21,796 nucleotides of DNA from Armatimonadia bacterium (lineage in GTDB: Bacteria; Armatimonadota; Zipacnadia; Zipacnadales; UBA11051), in contig JBDKRC010000343.1 in assembly GCA_039683575.1 (NCBI GenBank), forward strand, positions 1 to 21,796, read 5' to 3'. Shown piece by piece: positions 6,868 to 16,272 of this stretch. A program made the translations under genes and the position numbers. The notes under the pieces are model-generated. The model was not told where the DNA came from. It was given only the letters and a program-made list of their open reading frames with translations, and did no database searches. Position 1 is the stretch's first letter. Every line of letters begins with the position of its first letter.

Positions 6868-9800
6868 ATGACAAACCGCGCTGTGTTGTCGTTGCTGCTC
6901 ATCCTGATGGCTGTGCCGCTGGTGGCACAGGAAACGCCGCTGATGCGAAATGGTGATTTCGAGACCTGGCAAGCGGCCAAACCTGACGCGCAAGGGCTCT
7001 CTGGCGGCTGGAAGCTCGCCGAGCAGCCGCAGGTCCCGACAGGCTGGGTACTCAATGCTCACTATGTTGGGGAGATCAGCGTGGGCACAGCCACTCCCCA
7101 CGGCGGCACGAAGTACGTGCGCTTCGCCGGGCGCGAGAAGCAGTCCGGGCACATTTACCAGCCTCTGCAGGGCCTGCAGCCGGGCCAGTGGTACCGCGTC
7201 AGCTTCTTCGCCCGCGGCGGCGCGGTCGAGGTCATGCTGTACGAGTACTTCAAGACCCGCCAGATGAACTCGCCGATGCTGGGCGTCAAGCCCGCTACGA
7301 CGGACTGGCAGGAGTTCGTGGGCTACGTGCAGATCCCGCCTGACGACTTCTCGAATGCCTCGCTGGCGTTCGGCGCCCAACCCGGACAGCCGGTGGACCT
7401 CGATGACGTCAGGATCGAGCGCCTGGAGCTTCCCACGCTCCCGCCCAAGGCCGCTCCCGTGGTCATGGAGAGCGACACCCTGCGCCTCAGCTTCAGTCCG
7501 TTTGGGGCGCTTCAGGAGTTCTACTCCAAGCCCCTGAAGAAGGACTTCGGCGTCCCCACCGACCCCACCCCCGCTGTCAGCATCATGCGCCAGGGCCACA
7601 GCGTCCCTGTTCATCACGTCACCAGGCAGGGCGACTGCCTCGAGTTCGGCTTCCTCGAGCCCGATGCCAGGGTCGTGCTGCGCTTCACCCCCCGCAAGCT
7701 GCATACGCTTATCGAGGTCGTGGACGTGCAGCCCTCGGACGTGACAAGCCTGCAGCTCAACTTCCCCGTCAAGCGCCTGAAGACCATCGGCGGGGCCTTT
7801 GGAGCCACCTACGATGACACCTTCGGCGCCTGCCTCTTCTGCGCCACCAACAACACCTATACCGCCCTGCGCTCCGGCACGGAGACGGTGTACCTCGGCG
7901 GGGGCTGCCGAGCCGAACATGGCTTCCCCGGCGCCAAATTCGTGCTGATCGGTGTGCCTGCGGCGCAGTTCAAGCTCGCCGTAATCGAGGGCGAGAAGGC
8001 CAACGGCCTGCCCTGCCCGGTGCTGGGGGGCAAGTGGGCCCGCGACTCAGAATCGAACCGCAAGTCGTATCTCTTCGCCACCGATGCCCGCGACAGCACG
8101 ATTGACCAGATCATCAAGATCGCCAAGACCGGTGGCTTTGGCACTGTCATCTTCCTCAAAGATAACTGGCTGGCCACGCACGGCCACTATGACATCAACA
8201 CTAAGAACTTCGAGCAGGGCGTAAAGAGCGTGCAGGCGGCGGTGAAGAAGATCAAAGCCGCGGGGTTGGAGGCGGGCGTGCATGTGTTTGGGCCGTCGAT
8301 CTCGCCGGGCGACGCCTATGTGACCCCCAAGCCCGATCCGCGCCTGGCGGGGGTCAAGTGCCCGCCGCTGGCCGAGGCGCTCGACGAGAGGACGGGGACC
8401 GTGACGCTGACCGGCGAAGCGAACCTGCCCCCGAAGACACCGCGCTCGCTGGCCACGCCCGGCTACTATATCCAGATTGGCGATGAGATCATCTCGTATG
8501 CCAACGTCGAGCCGGGACCGCCGTATCGCTTCACCGGCTGCCGCCGGGGCGCGCTGGGAACGGCTATCTCCGCCCATCCTGCCGGGGCTGAGGTGAAGGG
8601 GCTGCTGACCCTGTGGGGCTACTTCCTGATTGATCCCGACAGCACGCTGGCGGATGAGATGACCACGAACTTTGCGCAGGTCATCAACGCCTGCGACTTC
8701 GACTTCGTGTACTTCGACGCCAGCGACGGCATCCTGAACGACTATCTCGACCGGACCTACTACCTCAACAAGCTCCACAGCCTGTTCTACTCGAAGTTCA
8801 AGAAGCCGATGCTCTACCAGACCAGCAACGGCACCGGCAGCAACCTGCAGTGGCATATCGTGCCCCGCAGCGCCTCCGCTGACGGGCATGGCGACATCAA
8901 GGGCTACCTTGACGACCGCTGGCAGGGCATTCTGGGGATGGGCAACAACTGGACGAAGGCCGACATCGGCTGGTACTACTGGTTCCGCGACGTGCGACCC
9001 GACCAGATCGAGTATGTATGCTCGAAAGCCCTCGGTGTGGATGGCAGCATCTCGCTGGAGACCTCCACCGAAGCCACCGAGCGCCTGCCGCAGTCCCGGC
9101 AGATGTATGAGATGATCGGGCGCTGGGAGCAGGCGCGGCGCGACAAGGTCTTCGATGAGAGCGTCAGAGCGAGGCTGCTCGAGCCGAAGCAGGACTTCAA
9201 GCTCTTCCGTGTGGCCGCAGAGCCCGCTGCCGCCCCCAAACCGCGTGGTGCGGGCGTCTCGCCCGCCTCCGCCAAAGGCTGGGCGCTCTACCGGGCCAAG
9301 TACGAGGAGCCACGCATCGTGGACCTGCTCGACGGCAAGCAGAATGTGTTCACCGTCAACAACGATCTCACCACGCCCTGCCTGCTGGGGTTTGACATCG
9401 TGCGGCCGGGACAGGGGCAGGTGGCGGCGGACTATGACGATCCGAAGGCCCTGACTATCGAGACCTTCGACGACCCGGCAGAGTACAAGCTTAGCGAGCG
9501 CAACGCCTTTGCCAAGTTTGTGGTGGGGGACCGCACGGCTATCACGCCGGGCGGCGTGGTGCGGCAGGACGTGTCGCAGACCGTGGAGCCATTTGCCGAA
9601 GCACTGGTGGGCAAGCGCGCGATGACGATGCGGGCCGAGAACAAGGGCGAGCCCGGCGGCTGGACGGGCATTGGCCGGCGGTTTGCCCAGCCGCTGAACC
9701 TGAGCGGCTTCAAGGCGATTGGCTTCTGGATCCACGGGGATGCCAAAGGCGAGACCATCCGGGTGCAACTGCGCGACACGGCGGGGCGGAATGTGGACTT

Positions 9801-10248
9801 CCTGCCGGTGATGAGCTACCAGGGCTGGAAGCTTCACCTGTACCCGCTGCCGGCTGACGGGGCGTTCGACTGGACGAAGGTGGACTACCTGCTGCTGTAC
9901 TTCAACAACATCCCGGCCAAGCAGACGGTGGAAGTGAAGATTGACGACATTCGGCTGCTGCCGGAGCTACGCAAGCCGGCGGAGGTTGGGAAGCTGGTCC
10001 TCGAGGTCAACGGGCAGAAGACGCTGTTCCCGCTTGACCTGAAGCCGGGGCTGGCGATGGCCAACGAGGGTCTCGGCGGCACGAAGCTCTGGTCGGGCGG
10101 CCTGCGTCCGGCTGAGGTTGTGAAGGGCCCGGCCACCTTCACGCTCCCGCCCGGTGAGAACAATATCACACTTTCATGGGACGATCCGGCGGCCTATCCC
10201 GGCAACCTGCAGGTGCTGTTCTACCGGGTGTGGCCGATGGAGAAGTAG
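6868..10248 (+). CDS. Large secreted putative glycoside hydrolase with N-terminal CBM4/9-like and C-terminal CBM11-like domains
   Basis: Signal peptide, then NGDFE...PTGW and LQPGQWYRVSFFARG...LDDVRIE (CBM4_9-like). Central TIM-barrel-like region (KIKAAGLEAGVH, FDFVYFDASD). LNLSGFKAIGFWIHGDAKG...IDDIRL is CBM11-like. GH family not assignable by eye. Confidence 0.7.
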   Translation: MTNRAVLSLLLILMAVPLVAQETPLMRNGDFETWQAAKPDAQGLSGGWKLAEQPQVPTGWVLNAHYVGEISVGTATPHGGTKYVRFAGREKQSGHIYQPLQGLQPGQWYRVSFFARGGAVEVMLYEYFKTRQMNSPMLGVKPATTDWQEFVGYVQIPPDDFSNASLAFGAQPGQPVDLDDVRIERLELPTLPPKAAPVVMESDTLRLSFSPFGALQEFYSKPLKKDFGVPTDPTPAVSIMRQGHSVPVHHVTRQGDCLEFGFLEPDARVVLRFTPRKLHTLIEVVDVQPSDVTSLQLNFPVKRLKTIGGAFGATYDDTFGACLFCATNNTYTALRSGTETVYLGGGCRAEHGFPGAKFVLIGVPAAQFKLAVIEGEKANGLPCPVLGGKWARDSESNRKSYLFATDARDSTIDQIIKIAKTGGFGTVIFLKDNWLATHGHYDINTKNFEQGVKSVQAAVKKIKAAGLEAGVHVFGPSISPGDAYVTPKPDPRLAGVKCPPLAEALDERTGTVTLTGEANLPPKTPRSLATPGYYIQIGDEIISYANVEPGPPYRFTGCRRGALGTAISAHPAGAEVKGLLTLWGYFLIDPDSTLADEMTTNFAQVINACDFDFVYFDASDGILNDYLDRTYYLNKLHSLFYSKFKKPMLYQTSNGTGSNLQWHIVPRSASADGHGDIKGYLDDRWQGILGMGNNWTKADIGWYYWFRDVRPDQIEYVCSKALGVDGSISLETSTEATERLPQSRQMYEMIGRWEQARRDKVFDESVRARLLEPKQDFKLFRVAAEPAAAPKPRGAGVSPASAKGWALYRAKYEEPRIVDLLDGKQNVFTVNNDLTTPCLLGFDIVRPGQGQVAADYDDPKALTIETFDDPAEYKLSERNAFAKFVVGDRTAITPGGVVRQDVSQTVEPFAEALVGKRAMTMRAENKGEPGGWTGIGRRFAQPLNLSGFKAIGFWIHGDAKGETIRVQLRDTAGRNVDFLPVMSYQGWKLHLYPLPADGAFDWTKVDYLLLYFNNIPAKQTVEVKIDDIRLLPELRKPAEVGKLVLEVNGQKTLFPLDLKPGLAMANEGLGGTKLWSGGLRPAEVVKGPATFTLPPGENNITLSWDDPAAYPGNLQVLFYRVWPMEK
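9245..9266 (+). repeat. REP-like palindrome inside the CDS
   Basis: GTGGT-GCGGGCG-tct-CGCCCGC, encoding RGAGVSPA within an Ala/Pro-rich loop. Confidence 0.4.
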
Positions 10249-10264
10249 GGGAGAGGTCCTGGGG

Positions 10265-10300
10265 AATAGAAACGGGCGCGCCCTTGGACGCGCCCGTTCT
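10265..10300. terminator. Hairpin terminator between convergent genes
   Basis: AACGGGCGCG (10271-10280) / CGCGCCCGTT (10289-10298), with an A-rich left flank giving a U-rich tail on the minus strand. Confidence 0.7.
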
Positions 10301-10330
10301 GATTCGGATGGTAGTCGCAGACCGGCCTTA

Positions 10331-11308
10331 CTAATACACCGGCATCGGTCCAAGCCCTACGGCGTGGTTGGTCCACTGGTCGATCCTGAAGTCGCGCGCT
10401 GCCGCCGAGGGCGTTACCTCTACCTGTGACGCGCCGGTTATGTCAAGCAGCCCCAGCCCTTCCGCGTCCCACTGCAGCGCCGCCGCGAGTGTCCCGCCGC
10501 TCCGCAGTTCGCCTGTCCCAGCCATCTGTTGCTGCAAGCTGAAGCTGCCCGTCGTGCCGTCTGCCGCCGTGGTCTCCATGGTTTCCCAGCGCGTTGTCCC
10601 GGTCAAACGGAAGCTCAAGCTCTGCCCACTTGCGTTGCGGTAGGTGCCGCACGCTTTGTCGGCATACGCAATCGTCCACCCTTGGGGCGCGTCAATCAGT
10701 GGTACGTTCAACTGTAGCCGGCTTCCGTCGCCGAATAGCAGACTCAGGTCGTCGTGCGTGCTCTGCTTCTCCATCCGGAGCCCCATTCGGCGCCCGCCGG
10801 TAAGTGTGGCCGTGCCGACCCATTCCGACACAGTCGGGGGCCCAAAATTGGTGTCCACCGTGAAGTGTAGTTGGGCTCCGTTGGGGTAGGTATTGGTCAT
10901 TTCCTCATGAGCCGTCGTGTAGTCGTTGCCATAGACGGCGGTCGAGGTCTGCCGGAACTCACTGCCATCAGGCCACCTGATCGTGCCGTGGCATGCGTTG
11001 TCGTTACTGCTGGCGATATAGTAGTCGAGTCGAGCGCCGTCAGAAGCCGTACCGTAGAGATGAAAGATGCCAGTGGCAGGATCGAAATCCTGGTCGAGGT
11101 CGGGGAAGCTCAGCGGCATATAGAACACCGCCGTCCATGCCGCCACTGTCGTCACCGCGCTCAGATGGTCCGCCGCCAACGTCTGCAGCGACGCGCCCTC
11201 CACGTCTCCGGCCGGGGCGCCGGAGCCGGAACAGCCGCACAGTATGAGAGGCAGCAGCCCCGCCAGGAGTACCAGGCCGATTGTCGATAACTTTGGGGTG
11301 GTAAGCAT
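10331..11308 (-). CDS. Lipoprotein of unknown function, paralog B
   Basis: Lipobox LILCG-C followed by an SGSG linker and a beta-rich body. Colinear paralog of 11788-12756. Start probably ATG 11308 (alternative 11329). Confidence 0.8.
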   Translation of the reverse strand: MLTTPKLSTIGLVLLAGLLPLILCGCSGSGAPAGDVEGASLQTLAADHLSAVTTVAAWTAVFYMPLSFPDLDQDFDPATGIFHLYGTASDGARLDYYIASSNDNACHGTIRWPDGSEFRQTSTAVYGNDYTTAHEEMTNTYPNGAQLHFTVDTNFGPPTVSEWVGTATLTGGRRMGLRMEKQSTHDDLSLLFGDGSRLQLNVPLIDAPQGWTIAYADKACGTYRNASGQSLSFRLTGTTRWETMETTAADGTTGSFSLQQQMAGTGELRSGGTLAAALQWDAEGLGLLDITGASQVEVTPSAAARDFRIDQWTNHAVGLGPMPVY

Positions 11309-11371
11309 TTCCGGCGATCCTGTAGGCATCCTTCGAAAGACTTATCAGCAATGGGAGCCATTATAGCGCAA

Positions 11372-11395
11372 CGGGCGCGTCCGCGGACGCGCCCG
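11372..11395. terminator. Perfect 24-bp palindrome (terminator or processing hairpin) related to the 10271 hairpin
   Basis: CGGGCGCGTCCGCGGACGCGCCCG, sharing acgggcgcg...ggacgcgcccg with 10271-10298. A minus-strand TATAAT lies at 11360-11365. Confidence 0.5.
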
Positions 11396-11501
11396 ACAAA
11401 TAAACGTGTCACAGGTGCTCGGGTGCCTCATCGCCAGCCAGGTCGAGGCAGACCAGGAGCTTCACTGGCGCGAGACGGTCCCAAGCTGGTTACGCCTTGA
11501 C

Positions 11502-11756
11502 TCAGGGATAGGTGGTTGCGGTCTTTACCAGGTTGATGACCGCTACCCCTACCGGTACGTTCATCGGCTTCGGTGTGCAGTAGTGGGCGTCCACCACCGC
11601 GTGGTACTGAAGTGGACCTGTCAGGAGTTTCGAGTATTTGCCCGCGGCGTCGGTTGTCACGGTTCCGGATGCTGTGCCATTGTGGTAGAACGTTATGGTC
11701 TCATTCGGCATGAGCTGTCCGGCTCCGTCCTTCAGCGTTCCTGTTACAAGACCCAT
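11502..11756 (-). CDS. Small carboxypeptidase-regulatory-like/Ig-like domain protein, 84 aa
   Basis: VTGTLKDGAGQLMPNETITFY...TVTTDAAGKY pattern. SD AGGAGG upstream of ATG 11756. No signal peptide. Confidence 0.7.
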   Translation of the reverse strand: MGLVTGTLKDGAGQLMPNETITFYHNGTASGTVTTDAAGKYSKLLTGPLQYHAVVDAHYCTPKPMNVPVGVAVINLVKTATTYP

Positions 11757-11787
11757 GTTGTCCCTCCTACCCAGAATTGTACGCCTG

Positions 11788-12756
11788 CTAGTAGACCGGC
11801 ATCGGCCCAAGCCCTACCGCATGATCGGTCCACTGGTCAATTCTGAAGTCGCGCGCTGCCGCCGAGGGTGTGACCTCGACCTGTGACGCGCCGGTTATGT
11901 CAAGTAGCCCCAGCCCTTCCGCGTCCCACTGCAGCGCCGCCGCGAGTCTCCCGCTGCTGCGCAGTTCGCCTGTCCCACCCATCTGTTGCTGCAAGTTGAA
12001 GCTGCCCGTCGTGCCGTCTGCCGCCGTGGTCTCCATGGTCTCCCAGCGCGTTGTCCCGGTCAGACCGAAGCTCAAGCTCTGCCCGCTTGCGTTGCGATAG
12101 GTGCCGCGCGCCCTGTCGGCATACGCAATAGTCCACCCGGCAGGCGAGAATATCAACGGTACCGTCATCTGCAGTCCGCTTCCGTCATCGAAGATCAGCG
12201 CCAGGTGGTCGACCGTGCTCTGCTTCCGCATCCGAAGCGTCAGATGGCGCCCACCGGGAAGTGTGGCCGTGCCGGCCCATTCCGACACGGTGGGGGGGCC
12301 GAACTGGGTGTCCACGGTATACTGCAACTGCGCCCCATTGGGGTATACATTAGTGATTTGATCGTGGGCGCTCGTGTAGTCATCGCTGTAGACGGTCGTA
12401 GAGGTCTGCCGGAACTCATCTCCATCCGGCCACTTGATCGTGCCGTGGCATGCGTTGTCGTTACTGCTGGCGATATAGTAGTCAAATACAGCTCCATCGG
12501 ATCCGGTACCAAACAGATGGGTGATCCCGGTGACAGGATCGAGTTCCATGTCCAGGTTGGGGAAAGTCGGCGGGACATAGAACACCGCCGTCCATGCCGC
12601 CACCGTCGTCACCGCGCTCAGATGGTCCGCCGCCAACGTCTGCAGCGACGCGCCCTCAACGTCCCCGGCGGGGGCGCCGGAGCCCGAACAGCCGCACAGC
12701 ATGAAAGGCAGCAGCCCCGCCAGCAGCACCGCGCCTATTGTCAGTGATTTGCGCAT
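11788..12756 (-). CDS. Lipoprotein of unknown function, paralog A
   Basis: MRKS followed by a hydrophobic stretch and lipobox FMLCG-C. SD GGAGG upstream. Paralog of 10331-11308. Confidence 0.85.
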   Translation of the reverse strand: MRKSLTIGAVLLAGLLPFMLCGCSGSGAPAGDVEGASLQTLAADHLSAVTTVAAWTAVFYVPPTFPNLDMELDPVTGITHLFGTGSDGAVFDYYIASSNDNACHGTIKWPDGDEFRQTSTTVYSDDYTSAHDQITNVYPNGAQLQYTVDTQFGPPTVSEWAGTATLPGGRHLTLRMRKQSTVDHLALIFDDGSGLQMTVPLIFSPAGWTIAYADRARGTYRNASGQSLSFGLTGTTRWETMETTAADGTTGSFNLQQQMGGTGELRSSGRLAAALQWDAEGLGLLDITGASQVEVTPSAAARDFRIDQWTDHAVGLGPMPVY

Positions 12757-12804
12757 TTCGGTACCTCCAACTGCACTACAGATATGCCCCCCAGATGCCT
12801 TACT

Positions 12805-15800
12805 TTAGAAGCGGTACTGCAACCCCGCCTGAACCTGCCGCCCGCGCTCCGGGTAGCCCTGGTAGAAGCGGTATTCCCTATCCAGAAGGTTCTCCGCCGT
12901 CACGAAGACATCCGTGTGCAGGTTGAACTGTCGTGCTACTGAGAGGTTGAAGAGGCTGTACGAGCCCAGCCGCTCGGCGTTGAGCTGGTCCGCATAGCGC
13001 TTGCCAACGTGCTGCCAGATCAGCGCCAGCCGCCAGCCCTCGGCGTTGAGATAGTCCAGCCGGGCCTGAGCCGCGAGCTTGGGCTGGTAGGGCACTTCCC
13101 GGCCCGCAGCGTCGTCGCTTTCGCTGTCGGTACAGCGCACCCATACCCCGCCGGACAGGTCCCGCCCGAGCCAGCGTTCGAGTTCGAGCTCAGCGCCCTT
13201 GGTGCTGGCCGAGTCAAGCACGAGGGGGGCCGCTCCGGCCGCCCACGCGGGGTCTTGCAGGTCCACGAGCAGGTTGCGCAGATCGCGATGGAACAGCGTC
13301 GCCCGCAGCAGCGAACCGGCGGGTTGGCATTCGTATTGCAGTTCGTACGACTGGCTGTAGCCGCCGCGCGCGAGGTCGAGGGGGGACACGAAGGGCCGCG
13401 ACGCCCAAGCCTCCACCGGGGAGACCTCCGAGACATCGTCGGCCAGAAGGGGCCGGGTGAGCAGCACGAGAGTGCCATTGTCCGATACTCGCCGCCGCAC
13501 GGACACCTTGGGGCGGAACACCGGCTTGGTATCATCAGAAATGGCGACCCGGCCCCCGGCCAGAATCCGCGTCCGCGGGTCCAGCAGCCACTGGTACTCC
13601 AGATAGCCGGTCACGAAATCGCGGTTCAGGACGTTGTCGAAGCTGTGGTGCTCCGGTGACAGTGGATCGGCGGTGGGTATCGCCAGCACGCCCGAGACCG
13701 ACCGCCGCTCGCGCGCCAGCGCCACACCGGCCACAAGGTCGGTGGACGGGCCATAGCGCTTGTCCAGCCGCATCTCCATCAGGGGGCCCTGTGAGGCGAG
13801 CCGCAACTGCGGGAAGAGCTTTGGATCAGTGATTGCCGCGTCCGGGTTGTTGTCGTGCTGCGTCATGTTGCGGTAGCCGGCTCTGAAAGTGAAGTCAGCG
13901 GTATCGGAGAGCGCCGAGCGGGTGAGGTAGTTGAACTCCTGTCCGTCGAAGCGGCTCGTGTAGTTGGTATCGCTGGCAGCGCCTCCGGCCAGCGCCTTGC
14001 CGGGCTGTGGACGGCTATCCCAGTTCGCGCTGAGCAGCAGCGAGGTGGTGCGGTCGGCAGACTTCTGCTGGCCGACGATGCCTACCACCGTCTGGTTGTC
14101 GAAATGGGTGCGGGAGCGGTCCCAGTCACCCTCTTGATGGTCTCCGGCGAGATAGTAGCTCGTCTGGCCGTCATCATCCCGGCCATTGGTGCGAAGCTGG
14201 GCGTACATACCGTCGCCACCGGCGGCAATGGCCTCGGTGCGGGCATAGCCGCGGTTGTCCACGATGACGGAGGGCTGCAGGCTGATCGCCTTCAGGCGCT
14301 CACGCTGGGCCTCCTGCGAGCGTCCCAGGCGGAAGTAGACCTCCGCCAGATGCATCCGCGCGAGAGCGTAGTTGCTGTCATTCTCCAGAGCCTGCCGCAA
14401 CGCCGCCCAGGCCTTGTTCACCCGGTTCTGCTTCAGATAGACCCGGCCGAGCGTCGTGTACGTTCGGGCAGAGCGCTCGCCAAGCTTGACCGCCAGCTCG
14501 CCCTCATGGACGGCCTGCGCGAACTCATTGGCCTCCAGATGCGCCAGGGCGAGGTTCGCACGTACGAGGCCCCAGTTCGGCTGAAGCTGCAGCGCGCGGG
14601 CAAACTCGGTCTTCGCCTCGTCGAGGCGCCCTTTCTGCAGATACACGGTGCCGAGGTTGTTGTGCGCGGCAGCCTGGTCCGGATCGAGCGCCACGGCTGC
14701 TTCCTGGGCCTGCAGAGCCTGCCCCAGCTTGCCCTGGCGGGCCAGGGCCAGGCCTTGGCCCGTCTGCGCGGCAACCAGTTTCGGCTGCAGTTCAAGGGCC
14801 TTGTTGAAGGCCTTCTCGGCTCGCTTGAGATTGTTCTGTGTCAGGGAGATCATGCCGAGAAGCTGCCAGGCAGGGGCTTGTCGAGGATCGAGAGACAGGG
14901 CCATCTCGGCCTCGTGCATCCCGCCGGTCATGTCGCCCTGCGCCACCGCCACGTTTGCCGCCAGGACATGCGCGGTGGGGGAGTTCGGCGCCAGCTTCAA
15001 GGCCGCTTGCGCCTCGTTTTCGGCCTCCTGCAGGTCGCCGGCATAGAAAGCGGCGGTTCCCAGGCTCTCGTGCGCCAATCCGGAGCACGGTGCCAGTTGC
15101 ACGGCCTTGCGAGCCGACCGCAGGGCGGCCTCGCCCTGCTTTTCGGCCAGTTGCACCGCCGACAGGTAGGCAAGCGCCCGGTAGTCAGGCGAGGGCTGCT
15201 GAGCGGCCTGCGTGAGCGCCTTCAGCGCCGCGGCAGAGTCGCCACCACGGATGCCAACCAGCCCCGCAGCGACGAGCACGTCGGGGTCTGCTGGCGCTGC
15301 TGCCAGCGCCCGTGCGACCAACTGCGCTGCCTGCGCCTGGTTCTTGTCCGCCAACGTCGCCGTCAGCGCCAGAGCCTGCCCGGCCAGCGCTGTCGGGCCA
15401 TTCCCAACCTGCTGGAAGGTCCGCAGAGCCTCGTCACTGCGCCCCTGCTGCAGCAGGTTGTAGCCCAGCTTCATCTGCAGGGGAGCGGGGTTCGATAGCT
15501 TCGGCAGCGCTTCTCGGTAGGCCGCGTCGGCCGCCTCCAGGTCTCCGGCGTCATGGAGCAGGTCAGCATAGGCAACCTGCGCGGCGACGTCGCCGTCGGC
15601 TGCCTTCTGACGGGCGGCGTTCAGTTGCTCGGCAGACGTGCCGGAAGGGCTGTACAGCTTCTCAAAGCCCATCCAGACGTTGTCGAGGGAGGCTTCCCAT
15701 TCGATGTACGAGGAGGGGTCAACGCGCATCGGTCGCGTCGGCGCAGTCTTCGCCGTTGCCGAGCTCTGTTCGTTGGCATGGAGAGTCACAGCGCCAAAGT

Positions 15801-16272
15801 CGTTGTGGAAGTCAACAGTGCCCTCTATAACCGTACAGATCGTGCGTCCGTCGGCGCTGACGTCCATGACGAACTGGGTCCCCTTGGCGGCGGCAGTGGC
15901 CCCGGCAGACCCGATCTCAAGCGGTGTCGCGCCGATCAGCCAGAAGAGGATGCGTCCCGTGAGCACGTTCAGGCGTGAGCCCTCCCTGGTGGTCGCAGGG
16001 ATCACGAGGTGGGACAGTGGCATCATCTCCACCCGGCCGCCGCCCTCCAAAGCGATGGTAGCGCGGGACTTCTGATAGGTCTGGACCTCGTCCCTGCTGT
16101 ACAGTGGCATGGCGCTGGCAGCGGGTGTCCACCGGGCGCCCGTGTGCTTGACTTTCACCAGATTCTGCACCCGGACAACCGTTGCCCGCCGGTGGGACTG
16201 TGCCCACAGGGCGGCCCACGGCCCAACGGATAGTGCGACCACGGCTAACAGCGGAACTATCGTTTTCCTCAT
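12805..16272 (-). CDS. FecR domain + TPR repeats + TonB-dependent-receptor-like beta-barrel fusion
   Basis: Signal peptide, FecR-like region (LYSRDEVQT...ATAAAKGTQFVMDV...CTVIEGTV) and many TPRs (AAAHNNLGTVYLQKGRLDEAK). TBDR-type C-terminus (VTAENLLDREY...GRQVQAGLQYRF, terminal Phe). Confidence 0.85.
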   Translation of the reverse strand: MRKTIVPLLAVVALSVGPWAALWAQSHRRATVVRVQNLVKVKHTGARWTPAASAMPLYSRDEVQTYQKSRATIALEGGGRVEMMPLSHLVIPATTREGSRLNVLTGRILFWLIGATPLEIGSAGATAAAKGTQFVMDVSADGRTICTVIEGTVDFHNDFGAVTLHANEQSSATAKTAPTRPMRVDPSSYIEWEASLDNVWMGFEKLYSPSGTSAEQLNAARQKAADGDVAAQVAYADLLHDAGDLEAADAAYREALPKLSNPAPLQMKLGYNLLQQGRSDEALRTFQQVGNGPTALAGQALALTATLADKNQAQAAQLVARALAAAPADPDVLVAAGLVGIRGGDSAAALKALTQAAQQPSPDYRALAYLSAVQLAEKQGEAALRSARKAVQLAPCSGLAHESLGTAAFYAGDLQEAENEAQAALKLAPNSPTAHVLAANVAVAQGDMTGGMHEAEMALSLDPRQAPAWQLLGMISLTQNNLKRAEKAFNKALELQPKLVAAQTGQGLALARQGKLGQALQAQEAAVALDPDQAAAHNNLGTVYLQKGRLDEAKTEFARALQLQPNWGLVRANLALAHLEANEFAQAVHEGELAVKLGERSARTYTTLGRVYLKQNRVNKAWAALRQALENDSNYALARMHLAEVYFRLGRSQEAQRERLKAISLQPSVIVDNRGYARTEAIAAGGDGMYAQLRTNGRDDDGQTSYYLAGDHQEGDWDRSRTHFDNQTVVGIVGQQKSADRTTSLLLSANWDSRPQPGKALAGGAASDTNYTSRFDGQEFNYLTRSALSDTADFTFRAGYRNMTQHDNNPDAAITDPKLFPQLRLASQGPLMEMRLDKRYGPSTDLVAGVALARERRSVSGVLAIPTADPLSPEHHSFDNVLNRDFVTGYLEYQWLLDPRTRILAGGRVAISDDTKPVFRPKVSVRRRVSDNGTLVLLTRPLLADDVSEVSPVEAWASRPFVSPLDLARGGYSQSYELQYECQPAGSLLRATLFHRDLRNLLVDLQDPAWAAGAAPLVLDSASTKGAELELERWLGRDLSGGVWVRCTDSESDDAAGREVPYQPKLAAQARLDYLNAEGWRLALIWQHVGKRYADQLNAERLGSYSLFNLSVARQFNLHTDVFVTAENLLDREYRFYQGYPERGRQVQAGLQYRF

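Noticed and set aside
6790-9837. Long minus-strand ORFs 6790-7920 and 8047-9837
   Set aside because: Antisense shadows of the GC3-biased 6868-10248 gene, with no recognisable motifs.
11502-11504. TGA ending the small Ig-like gene as Sec
   Set aside because: No Cys partner and no matching hairpin. A TAA follows after three codons.
10331-12756. Diversity-generating retroelement TR/VR pair
   Set aside because: Both copies are full genes, the differences are not adenine-specific and include many synonymous changes, and no reverse transcriptase is in the window.
13855-15498. 547-aa plus-strand ORF and similar overlapping ORFs
   Set aside because: Antisense shadow of the TPR region of 12805-16272.
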